From the NCBI RefSeq assembly GCF_001194135.2, contig NC_068988.1:17083758-17147757 (forward strand): 64,000 nt of DNA, given 5' to 3'. Below, piece after piece: positions 1 through 11,774 of the stretch. Position 1 is the first letter of the stretch, and every line of letters starts with the position of its first letter. This stretch comes from Octopus bimaculoides (taxonomy: Eukaryota). The translations under genes and the position numbers were made by a program. A model generated the notes under the pieces. The model was not told the origin of the DNA. It made no database searches and saw nothing but the letters and a program-made list of their open reading frames with translations.

Positions 1-52
<52 letters not shown>

Positions 53-80
53 ACATAAATATATATATATCACACTACAT

Positions 81-352
81 AATCACACACATAAAAATTA
101 ACATTCTCTTAATTTTTACAGGTTCATTTTTCTAAGCCTTCTCTGTATCTTCTCATGCTTCGTTCTCCCTCTTTCAGGCTTCGAACAACCTTTGTGCACT
201 CTTTTTCCTCCATCCATTTCGGTCTTGCACCTCCCACTCCCAATCAACACCTGAAACTCCTGTATGTGTCAGTGCCTTTCTAACACAATCTTTAACCCTC
301 ATCTTGGGTTTATGTGCTGGTCTTCTACCATCTTCAAACTCATCATGCTTTC
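81..352 (-). mobile_element. RTE-clade LINE ORF2 C-terminal (post-RT) fragment, inverted 5' part of the insertion
   Basis: Minus strand encodes GRRPAHKPKMRVKDCVRKAL...WEWEVQDRNGWRK. After a frameshift it reads KRVHKGCSKPERGRTKHEKIQRRLRK. This matches the RTE pattern G-R-x-x-G-x-P-K-x-R-x-K-D...W-E-x-x-A-x-D-R-x-x-W-R. Confidence 0.85.
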
Positions 353-653
353 TATGTGTGTGATTTGTTGGCGGAAATGCTTTAGTTGTGCAGGACTGGT
401 GAGCCATGAGAGAACTATCATGAATAAACACATTTTAAATTGTGGTTTGGTTATCCTTCGCAATAGAACATGTGCAGCCTGTGGAAAGGTGTGCCTTTCA
501 GCTGGAGAACGGGAAAAGCATGTCAAAATATTCATACTGTTCCTTCTTTTCTTTCTACCAGCGAGCACAGCAATCCACTATGCAACATAGTGGGCAGATA
601 TTTCAGTGATTCTTTCTAGCAATTGCTTTACTCGAATACGGGAAAGCAGCTAC
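353..653 (+). mobile_element. RTE-clade LINE 3' end with two degenerate C2H2-like zinc-finger motifs and 3' UTR
   Basis: Plus strand encodes CVICWRKCFSCAGLVSHERT and CAACGKVCLSAGEREKHVK, the CxxC-x3-C-x-S-x2-G-L-x-S-H-x-R type motif that ends RTE ORF2. It is followed by TA-rich repeats. Confidence 0.75.
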
Positions 654-812
654 TATATGTACGCACGTATATATATATATATATATATNNNNNNNNNNNN
701 NNNNNNNNNNNNNNNNNNNNNNNNNNNNNNNNNNNNNNNNNNNNNNNNNNNNNNNNNNNNNNNNNNNNNNNNNNNNNNNNNNNNNNNNNNNNNNNNNNNN
801 NNNNNTATATAT

Positions 813-1192
813 GTGGAGGCGCAATGGCCCAGTGGTTAGGGCAGTGGACTCGCGGTCATAGGATCGCGGTTTCGATTCCCAGACTGGGCTTTGTGAGTGT
901 TTATTGAGCGAAGACACCAAACGTTCCACGATGCTCTGGGATGGGTATGGTGGTGAACCCTGCTGTACTCTTTCACCACAACTTTCTCTCACTCTTCCTT
1001 CCTGTTTCTGTTGTGCCTGTATTTCAAAGGGCCAGCCTTGTCACACTGTGTCACGCTGAATATCCCCGAGAACTACGTTAAGGGTACACGTGTCTGTGGA
1101 GTGCTCAGCCACTTGCACGTTAATTTCACGAGCAGGCTGTTCCGTTGATCGGATCAACTGGAACCCTCGACGTGGTAAGTGACGGAGTTCCA
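813..1192 (+). mobile_element. tRNA-derived SINE, family A (~380 bp), full length
   Basis: A-box-like TGGCCCAGTGG and B-box-like GTTTCGATTCC. Body nearly identical to the copies at 22040 and 59994. Confidence 0.92.
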
Positions 1193-1739
1193 GTACAGAG
1201 TACGTATATATAAATATATGTATGTATATATATGTGTATGTATTTATGTCTGGGAAGCAAACACTTTTTGCGGTGATCATTAAACCAATAACCTCTTATT
1301 TTTTTTGTCTTTGTAATATCAATGTCATGAAATTAACCTTTTAAGGTATAACACTCGCACGCTTAAAACTAAGGAAACTTTCACAGGGACAGCTAGGCGA
1401 AACGCTAGATTTCACAATATTTTAAATGTCAATTTAGGGTCAGTGCTAAATTTTTTTGACTCTTTTAATTATTTACTATCACAAATAAAATAACATTACC
1501 TCTCCTATTAATCGAAATTGGTGACTTACTAACTCAGTATTCAGAAATATAAAAAGTCTTTATCAAGTACAAAACAAAAGAAAAGCAAAAAAATCACTCT
1601 TTTTTGTAAACGAGAAACAACTGTTCGCATTTTAATTTGTGTTCAATGCCTTTACAGTACGAGTTGATAATCTGAAACCGAACTGTACAGTAGCTTGCAT
1701 GGACGACATTGCTGTTAAGTTTTTATACTATTACAGACA

Positions 1740-2100
1740 CACGCGCGCACACATACACACACACACAAACATACACGCACGCAATCACATCTATACACAT
1801 ATATGCATATAAGCACATGTATATATATATACATGCATGTTTATATGCATATACACACATACATACATGCAAACATGCATGCATGCATACATACGTACAT
1901 ACATAGGTGCATATAAATATGAACACACACATGTATACGTACACACATACATACATATATGCACACGCACACATATATACATATATGCATACATGCATAC
2001 ATGCATACATATATACATGCATACATGTATGCATGCACACGAATATATTATATATACATATATATGCGTGTATGTGCGACTGTGCACGCGTGTGTTTTGT
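1740..2100. repeat. Degenerate (CA)/(TA)/(TACA) compound microsatellite
   Basis: Low-complexity ACAT/ATAT/ACAC runs. Source of the spurious MHTY/CVY ORFs. Confidence 0.9.
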
Positions 2101-2918
2101 TTATATATGCGTATCTTGCCATCTCTACACGACAATTATTTTTCAATACGTATATTTTCGTATTTGGACTATATTTTTACCCTTTTATTTTCTTATTTAC
2201 ACCACAGTTATTTGTTTATCAGGATTCGTTTTAAAACTTCTCGTAAACACTGCTATTTACAAATATAAAGATATTTATATGTAGTCCCTCCTATATTAGA
2301 TAAAAAAATAAAATGTTATCAGTCTTTCTTTCTGTGTATAAACACCATGATGTTTTTGCAATAAAATCTATATCATCAGCCAGCAGTGTCAAACTTTCGA
2401 ATGACCTACACCACTATCTGCCCACCCTCGTTTTAGTTTTCTGAGTGAATTATTCCATTATAATAAACAATGTTCTATAGAATTCATGGAGGTTTTTTCG
2501 AGAATAATTTTGGTATCCCTTTCATATTTCTAGCTATGAAGATTTATTTTCTCCGATATATAAACATTAACGTTTCTACACTATTGTATTCGATTCTATT
2601 AATCCTTTCTTGTTTGTTTCCCTTGCCCAAGAAGAGAGAACATTGAATGCATATACAGACGGAAAACAGCGATATAAACGCACACACGCAGACACTCACA
2701 CACAAACACACACAGAAACACACACAGTAACAAACCCACAAGTGCTTTTAAATTCTATATATGTGCGTGTAAGTGTTTCTGTATATTACGTACATGTATG
2801 CACCTGTATCTATCTATCTGAATGTATGTATACATGTATGCATATATATATGTATTTGTGAATGTATGTATATATGTATGTATATATATATATGTGTGTA
2901 TATATATATATTTATGTG

Positions 2919-2967
<49 letters not shown>

Positions 2968-3684
2968 NNNNNNNNNNNNNNNNNNNNNNNNNNNNNNNNN
3001 NNNNNNNNNNNNNNNNNNNNNNNNNNNNNNNNNNNNNNNNNNNNNNNNNNNNNNNNNNNNNNNNNNNNNNNNNNNNNNNNNNNNNNNNNNNNNNNNNNNN
3101 NNNNNNNNNNNNNNNNNNNNNNNNNNNNNNNNNNNNNNNNNNNNNNNNNNNNNNNNNNNNNNNNNNNNNNNNNNNNNNNNNNNNNNNNNNNNNNNNNNNN
3201 NNNNNNNNNNNNNNNNNNNNNNNNNNNNNNNNNNNNNNNNNNNNNNNNNNNNNNNNNNNNNNNNNNNNNNNNNNNNNNNNNNNNNNNNNNNNNNNNNNNN
3301 NNNNNNNNNNNNNNNNNNNNNNNNNNNNNNNNNNNNNNNNNNNNNNNNNNNNNNNNNNNNNNNNNNNNNNNNNNNNNNNNNNNNNNNNNNNNNNNNNNNN
3401 NNNNNNNNNNNNNNNNNNNNNNNNNNNNNNNNNNNNNNNNNNNNNNNNNNNNNNNNNNNNNNNNNNNNNNNNNNNNNNNNNNNNNNNNNNNNNNNNNNNN
3501 NNNNNNNNNNNNNNNNNNNNNNNNNNNNNNNNNNNNNNNNNNNNNNNNNNNNNNNNNNNNNNNNNNNNNNNNNNNNNNNNNNNNNNNNNNNNNNNNNNNN
3601 NNNNNNNNNNNNNNNNNNNNNNNNNNNNNNNNNNNNNNNNNNNNNNNNNNNNNNNNNNNNNNNNNNNNNNNNNNNNNNNNNNNN

Positions 3685-3715
<31 letters not shown>

Positions 3716-4342
3716 TGTCTATGTGTGTGTGTGTCTTTGTGTGCGCGTGCGTGTGTGTATATATGCGTATTTGTATCTGTGTTTGTCCCGATAGAGTAAG
3801 AAGTAGTCTTTCAAAGAAAAGTCTTGGGATCGATCGTTTCCTAAATTATACAGAGATATTTGTAATTTTCCTGCTCACTGACCATTCACTTTTAATGTGT
3901 CTTCTCCATTTTAATAATGTGTCACTGCCTATGCAACAGTGATTTTGAAGACATTTTAATGGTTTCTACTTATAATTTGTAATGTTTGCCTTCTTACGAC
4001 ACACCGGAATACTTGAGTTTTTTTATCATTTTAGACGAGATATGGATACTTCTAAGAGCATAATACTGCACAACGGAGAGTTAAACTCACTTTGTGCTTT
4101 CTACAAGCGATGCTAGTATATAATACGTGTTCTGGAAAAAAAATTCTGTTGACATACTTTCTACAAAGATCATGAGCTTCATTTATATGGTCTGTTCTGT
4201 CAGATTTGGCAACTTGTGTAAATTCAAAATATCAGACGTGCATTTCAGTTTATAGGCAGTTTCATTCTGATAATTTATTACTGTTGGATTAATTACTTCA
4301 GTTCTTCCCTCGCTCTTTATCTTATTGGTGCTTTATTTCACC

Positions 4343-5023
4343 TGTTATTGTTGTTGTTGTTGCCATTGTTGTTACTCGGATTGTTGATATTGTTGCCGCC
4401 GTCTGTGGAGTAACCGTATGTGTGTTTGAGCGTTTATATGGATTCGCTTCCTATGTTGTTTGTATCCGTGCCCGTTATACAAATCTTTTGTTTTTTCTGT
4501 CTCATTTTTTTTATAGTTATCATTGATATGTGGATCTATGTACATTATATGTGCATTATGTTGTTTGTATCTGGGTTTATTTTAGGCTCGTTCTATCTAT
4601 TACTGTATCTGTAGCTTCTGTGATCTGTCTGGGGGTTTTGTCAGTTCTTTGACGTGTTAGACGCTTAGATAAATCACAGAGGCTACAGACATAGCTATAG
4701 ACAGCTCGAGCCTCAATAGAAAACACGAATGGAACAAAAACACCCAACACCACACGACACAACATGACAACTAATGTCTGAAGGGAGAAAAAAAAACACA
4801 GATACAAACATTATAATACACGTACAATAAACATATATGCACGTACTTATTATGAATATAAAAACAAAATTAGAGACATTAAAAAACAAATGATATCGGC
4901 ACGGATATAAACAACATAAGAAGCGAACATATAAACACACACAAAGACACCTACGGTAAATCCACAGAAGGCCGCAACAATAACAACAATACGGCTCACA
5001 TGAATGGTAACAACAGTAACAAC
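4343..5023. repeat. Long imperfect inverted repeat (fold-back), arms ~4343-4643 and ~4650-5023
   Basis: The reverse complement of 4673-5023 aligns to 4343-4624, e.g. TCTGTAGCTTCTGTGAT (4608-4624) with ATCACAGAGGCTACAGA (4673-4689). The right arm carries a ~74-nt insertion at 4714-4787. Confidence 0.9.
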
Positions 5024-5342
5024 TACTACTACCCCCATGATGGCAGCAGCGTGGACGAACACACAAACACGGTGAGTTACTAGAACGGTACAAAAAGTCG
5101 GGTTCAAGGGCAGCAGCAGCGGGGTTGGGGACGGCGCTGAGGGGAGGGTCATAGTGCTACTAAGAACAATGACACACACATAATCACACACAGACAATCA
5201 CAGTCGCATGTGCGTATTAGGATACACATCGTTGAAGAACAGAATACATTAAGTAGAACAAGAGCACACGCGAAGACGCAAAGTGTCACTAGCAAAAAAA
5301 AAAAAAAAATCATCACGAAATACAACATTGTGTGTGTGTGTG

Positions 5343-5502
5343 CGTGGAGACGATTGACTTAGTAGTTAGGGTTTTGGACTCATGATCGTTATATCGTGAA
5401 TTCGATTCTTGGGCGGGGCCACGCGTTGTTTTCTTGAGTGAAACACTTCATTTCTCGTTGCTTCAGTCCGCTCAAGTGGCAAAATTGAGTAATCCTGCAA
5501 CA
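5343..5502 (+). mobile_element. tRNA-derived SINE, family D (CORE-like), 5' part truncated by gap
   Basis: tRNA-like head (TTAGTAGTTAGGG...TTCGATTC) followed by TTTTCTTGAGTGAAACACTT, resembling the CORE motif TGTCCTTGAGCAAGACACTT. Confidence 0.7.
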
Positions 5503-6811
5503 NNNNNNNNNNNNNNNNNNNNNNNNNNNNNNNNNNNNNNNNNNNNNNNNNNNNNNNNNNNNNNNNNNNNNNNNNNNNNNNNNNNNNNNNNNNNNNNNNN
5601 NNNNNNNNNNNNNNNNNNNNNNNNNNNNNNNNNNNNNNNNNNNNNNNNNNNNNNNNNNNNNNNNNNNNNNNNNNNTATATATATATATATATATATTTAT
5701 CTGTATATGTGTGTGTATGTGCTTGTGTGAGTGTGCGTGTGTGTGTGTGTCGTTTGCATATGTACGGTTTGGACTGTCACCCTATGACTGTCACTATTAG
5801 AAATATGGCCCCATCATTTCTTATATTCAATAGAAATTAAGCGTATGATTTTCAATTTTAACTAATTATGTTCCGACATTGGTTTCATATTGAAGTCAGC
5901 ACAGATTTTCGACAATACAACTTTATTTCGTTTTCTGTCTGTCTCTCTATCTTATTCGCATAGCCCTAACATATTTTACGCCTCTGTCCTTTGATTTGAT
6001 CGGTTATTTCTTTCAACGTTATGGCCTGTGTCTTTCATTGTTTTCCCCCTTTTTAATAGTTTCCCCCTTTTTGGTTTCCTGATTTGGATCAGATCATAAA
6101 ATCTTGACATGAAATTTTCGAGGAAGAATGACTTCTTCGCGGCTTTTCCATTTTTTTCTAAACAGCTGCTAAATTTTTGATCCCAACTGCTTTTCAGTAA
6201 CCTTGATTTCTTTGATTCAATAGTCTGTTTCATAAGAATTGGAAAAAAAAAATCTTTAATTTACTGCATCTCATGCAATGAGAAACATATCGCTCAAAAA
6301 GATCATAATAATTAGATCGGGTTAGCCTAATAAATCATAGAAATATTCCATGTGATGAACATCCTGTCATTTGTGAAAATGGAAATACTCCTTTTCTTTA
6401 AAATATAGGAAGAAAGAGATCAAGCACAGAACTAAAAGGAGAATTTTTTGAAAAAAAATTCCAAATCTGAAAATAAACCGGAAATATTCAACACTGCTAC
6501 TACAAACAACTACCTTTTTACAAATCGCCGCAGTGTCTCAAACTGAAACAGCGATTGCGAATATTATATTACCGATATTTATTTGGGAAGACAATATACG
6601 AATTTCTATGGTAGTACGACTGCTGTAAAGTTTAAGTGGAGTTAAATATTACGTCCCAGTTCTGCCATCATGCTTTTATGTCAGATTTCGTCTGTAATAC
6701 ATTTAAATATGTATATATACATTACATGCACACACACATACACACACACATATACTCACACACGCACGCACGCACGTACACACACACACACACATATGTA
6801 TATATATACAG

Positions 6812-6925
6812 CGGGCTTCTTTCAGTTTCCGTCTACCAAATCCACTCAGAAGTCTTTGGTTGACTCGAGGCTATAGTAGAAGACACTTGCCGAAGGTGCC
6901 ATCCTAAACCATGTGATTGGTAAGC
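6812..6925 (-). mobile_element. SINE family B fragment
   Basis: Reverse complement of the segment GGCACCTTGGGCAAGTGTCTTCTACTATAGC...GGATTTGGTAGACGGAAACTGAAAGAAGCC seen at 20660-20750. Confidence 0.88.
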
Positions 6926-7170
6926 NNNNNNNNNNNNNNNNNNNNNNNNNNNNNNNNNNNNNNNNNNNNNNNNNNNNNNNNNNNNNNNNNNNNNNNNNNN
7001 NNNNNNNNNNNNNNNNNNNNNNNNNNNNNNNNNNNNNNNNNNNNNNNNNNNNNNNNNNNNNNNNNNNNNNNNNNNNNNNNNNNNNNNNNNNNNNNNNNNN
7101 NNNNNNNNNNNNNNATATACATACATACAGCTAGATAGATAAGCAGATAGATAGATAGACAGACATGATA

Positions 7171-7300
7171 GTTTGCCTCTTCTGCATCTTCTCAAAAGGC
7201 TTTGGTTGATCCGTGGCTAGAGTCTGTGGCTATAGTATACTGAATTTGGAACCATGTAATTGGAAAGCACACATCTTCTCGCGCAGCAACTCCTTCGCCT
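7171..7300 (-). mobile_element. SINE family B, degenerate 5' fragment
   Basis: AAAGGCTTTGGTTGATCCG...GGCTATAGTA...GGAACCATGTAATTGGAAAGC...CTCCTTCGCCT matches the reverse complement of the head at 13689. Confidence 0.65.
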
Positions 7301-9204
7301 GTGTCTAAATATATATATATATTGTTTGGTGTTGTTGATCGTTTGCTCAGCAGCATAACGTTTTACAATGGAGTATAATATTTTATAGTTGCACAGATAC
7401 CCACATGACTTTTACAGAAATCCTGCAATGCAAGACAGGCTGGTCGTACGACGTTAGAGTGAGCGTGTCTGAAGCTGATTTTACTGTAAATTCCATATAT
7501 TATTAATCTCTAAGTAAAGAGAATGAAGATGAACCAGAAGCTGAGTAATGACGGTTATTTACAGCATCACTGAGATGTTATGCGTGAAATACATACTCAA
7601 TTAGGGGTCTCAGATATTGCATCTTTGGATATATTAAAAGAGATATAGAAAAAGCTTTGTAAACAGAGCATTAGACGGTAGATCTTATTTAGCTCTCCAT
7701 GAAAGCAACGTTATGTTCCTAGTACTAAGAGCTTGGAGAGGGTTTTCAGTGTGGGGCACGTAATAATTATGCAATACTACAATTAAATAAAGTACTATAA
7801 GATACTGACATGAACTAAGATATAATTAGAGCATGCGTACATAGTATATGCTACAAATTCATTCTGAACTTACTCAAAATAAATTTAGATAGAAAACATT
7901 AAAATCTAAGCAATCAAAATATCCAGTTGAATTTTGATTGATATATAAACATTATCAGAAGGAAAGCAGCTGTGGCTTCATTTATTTCAAATCATTTTTT
8001 GTACAGTACGTCATTAGATTAAAATCATCCTGGAGCTAAGCTAAATTAGTTTGTTATATAACAAAAGACAGCTATGTACACACGAACATACTCAAAATAG
8101 CGTTTGTGTGCATAATGTAAGTACAATATTGATTATCCTTTTAATGTGAAAAGTAAAATATAATGCTTCGTGAATTTTTATGTGTGAATATATGTTATTT
8201 GACGCATCCAAATTCTATTCGTATATTTCGAGATGCAATGAATATTATGCGTGAATAAAGGCATATACTACCCTATATTTCAAATATTTCATACGCTAAT
8301 AAAACTACAACCCGAATTATTCACCATATTCTAATTCTTCCATTTTCAATTCCTCTTCATTCCTTGTGACAATTCATAGGATATTGGTACATACAAGCTT
8401 TAGTTCCTGGATTATTATTAAGAATGTCAAAAAGCGGTTAATTTTAGTCGTGATCATCGATGCTTGTAAACTCTAACAATTTCAGTATGAAGAAATTGCA
8501 GTCATGTGTATTTACCAATGTGGGTATTGTTGCGAAAACTGCACATTACATAAACATCTTACTTGATGCATGGCTGGTTTTACGGAATCTTTACTGCCAC
8601 CTGTTTTAGATTCTGTTTTCAAATCTACACGATGTTTGTTAGGCCGAAAATATTGCCGAAATTATAAATAGCATTCATTGTAAATTGAACATAAACTCAG
8701 TCGAACATACATATATACGCACATGTGCAGGTTAGTGCGTATGTACGTAACGATGGAGATACATACATACGTAGTACGTACATACGTACATAATACATAC
8801 ACTCATACATACATATATATATATACGTACATATGTACATCCATCGATATGTGTATAGTCAACTCCACCGTTATAAGTAGAATCAACAAACAACTACTCC
8901 ATCTATTGAGAGATGAACATTATTTCATGTAGACAGTGTTAAAATAGGAGTTACTAATAATTTCATTCCACGAAAGAGTAAATCCGCAGATTTATATAAC
9001 GTGATTTGTGTCCTTAAAGGTATGTTGTATATATTTGCCGAATTACAGTGTCTTTGTGGCATTAAAATGTTAGTAGCTCTTGTTTGAACATTGTGTGTTT
9101 TATATAGTGTGTATGTATGTACGCATGTACGTGTATGTATGTGTGTGCATTTACGATCATACTTCTTTATACATAAAAATTTAGACGCATATGTGCGTGC
9201 GTAA

Positions 9205-9302
9205 GTAGTAGTAGTAGTGGTGGTGGTGGTAGTGGAGCTGGTGGTGGTGTAGTAGTAGTAGTATTAGGAGTAGTGGTGGTAGTAATAGTAGTAGTAGTAG
9301 TG
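9205..9302. repeat. (GTA)n/(GTG)n trinucleotide repeat
   Basis: Directly visible. Confidence 0.9.
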
Positions 9303-11743
9303 AAACGTTAGATGCATTGACTACTCATTTTCTTCGTTTCATACTGCCTGTTAATTTTGTTCTGCAATATATGAAATTTAGATATAACGTAACAACAATG
9401 AAGTTTGATTAGATACTGTCGACAACAACCTTCACCGGCAACTATGTATTCTCCAAACTCATATCCAGTACCATTATTATCATTTTAGATTCTCTGACAA
9501 TGAAGAGCATTTATTAAAATCTTACAAATTCTTCCTGTCGGAAGGCATCAGTAATAGACATGAGCTGTTGTACCGTATAACCTTAAAGTTGCATTCAAAT
9601 TCGATCTTTTTGACAATTTCAATAATGTTTCAACACATTTTAACAATATATTACAGCACTCAACATATGTTATGCATCTAAATATACTATGTAAATGTAC
9701 TTGTCAAACATTTCAATTTTCAAATGTGAAATAGTTTATATAAGTTATTTGAATATTATTTGAATAATGTTATAACCTAATTTATTTCTCATAGACAAGA
9801 AAGCTAAGTACAATGTAAGCTAATGACTAAATACTGATTAACATCTGCTTTTGTCTGTAACGTACATTGAAACAAACGCTAACAATGTAACATTGTCTTA
9901 TAGCGTTCGCCTCTCCTTTTTTCCTGGTTTACATGAATCGTATTTTTTATATTTATCAGATTTATGTAATACTTTAAAAGTTAAATATTAAAATTGTAGT
10001 GTTGACGTTATTTAGGGTATTTAATGTTTTTCATTCGACCTTGGGTGGTGGAGGTTTGCATCAGGAATCCACGCTGAAGTTTTTTGATGTTTATGTACAT
10101 GTGAAATTATCTCTCCGCAAACAGTAATCAGAGATGAATTTCACTCTGCATAGCTAATTTACAATTTTTCAAACTAGCAAATGTTTATCTTTATTTATTT
10201 GGGTTTATTTAAGTATGACTTATTTGACTTAAACACAACCAACGGTCACTCACGATTGAATATGGTAATATGTTCGGTGCTTCCCAAAATTGCTTTTGGC
10301 GCCTATAATACGAGAAAATACAGATATACTCACAGTTCCCTGACCCAGCGATACCTTGAAGCTGACAAACATAGCTGAGAAGAAAAATAACTGTCATTAC
10401 CTAACAAGAGCTCGCTGTAGCTGAATACAGTGAGTAGAGGGAAGCATCTTCGAATAAAAAATTAAAAACGCTGTCTGGTCGAAGAGTTGAAATTACAAAC
10501 ATGATCGTAAGCTGAAAACTCTAACCATAATGTTTGGTATCTGACTATGATTCCAAAGCATTGTGTCATGATACGATTGAACATTCTCCACGACTAGTTG
10601 TGGAACATATATTAAACTTTAATGTGTTTACTAATCTTCAAAGTAGTACCAATAAAAAAATGTAATGCAATAGAAAATTGTTGTTTCTTATATATATATC
10701 TAGAAAGTTCTTTGGTCTCTTTTTAACTAATTATTTTTATTCATACGCTAAGAAGTCCATTCTGGAAGCAGATATACTTCAACCAAATCGATTTTTTTTT
10801 TCGAACATAAATACATCCAAAATCTATCAAAGAAGACAGATGTGAGCACCTGCTTCTTTGAGAAACAACGGAGTTGGAGAACATTAAAGAATCGTATGTC
10901 AACATTAGAAACAGAAACATGCTCAATCAAAGCATTAACTTATTAGCATCTTGTGTATTTTCATACCTAAGTTATTTCTCAGTTTGCTACATTATTCCAG
11001 TCGACTCAGATGTAGAAATAAGTTGTAGCGTCACTGGTGCCAGGTTGTATAGGAGAGGGGAGGAGAGGGGACGCTGGCACGCTGCTGTTTCACAAACAAA
11101 CTTGCACGAACATGTTTATCGGTGGGTAACTTTGTAGGTGCAATCCCATGACCCTTTATGACCGAAGGCGGTATTTAGCACTTTTACCTTTTACTACTAC
11201 ATCAGGAATATAAACACATGCACAGTTATACACACACGTACACACATCATGCATCCCTTGCGAATGAAGAAAGTTTTCAAGCTATTTGAGTGAAATTATA
11301 TATCCTACGAAATAACTCTTAATCACTGTATATTATAAAAAACACATGCGTATACATCTGTATAGATGCGTGTGTGCAAGGTTTTTATATAACAGATTTC
11401 ATTTCATAGTGCTTATAGTTATCAGTTTCCAAAGTACTTATTCTAAATTAAACTCTTTTAAATATTGTATTTAATAGGTCAAAAAGAGACTTATATATTC
11501 TATGAAGATACAATGTTAGCTTTTAAAATAAGAAAACTACGAAAGGTATTCATATCAGGATAAAAATATATCATCATGTTACTTAAAGGAATAATCGCTG
11601 GAAATAGGCCGAACAGAAAGGTGCCATGAGTGACAAAAATACCGTAGTAGGGAAAAGAAGAAATAGGGAAAAAAATAAATTGTTGTAAGAAGGAAAACGC
11701 GATAGGATTCAGGGAAGGAAATTTGACAGCACTAACAAGGAAT

Positions 11744-11774
<31 letters not shown>

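Noticed and set aside
4850-5197. Hydrophobic 115-aa minus-strand ORF resembling a membrane protein
   Set aside because: The hydrophobicity follows from the G/T-rich strand of the fold-back arm and (GTT) repeats. No domain motif.
5976-6233. Lys-rich 85-aa minus-strand ORF
   Set aside because: No recognisable motif or splice context. Explained by A-rich composition, though it could be an unrecognised TE relic.
11149-11164. DR4-like nuclear receptor element TGACCC-TTTA-TGACCG, overlapping a TTTATGAC Cdx/Hox-like site
   Set aside because: Short degenerate motif expected by chance in 64 kb, with no supporting context.
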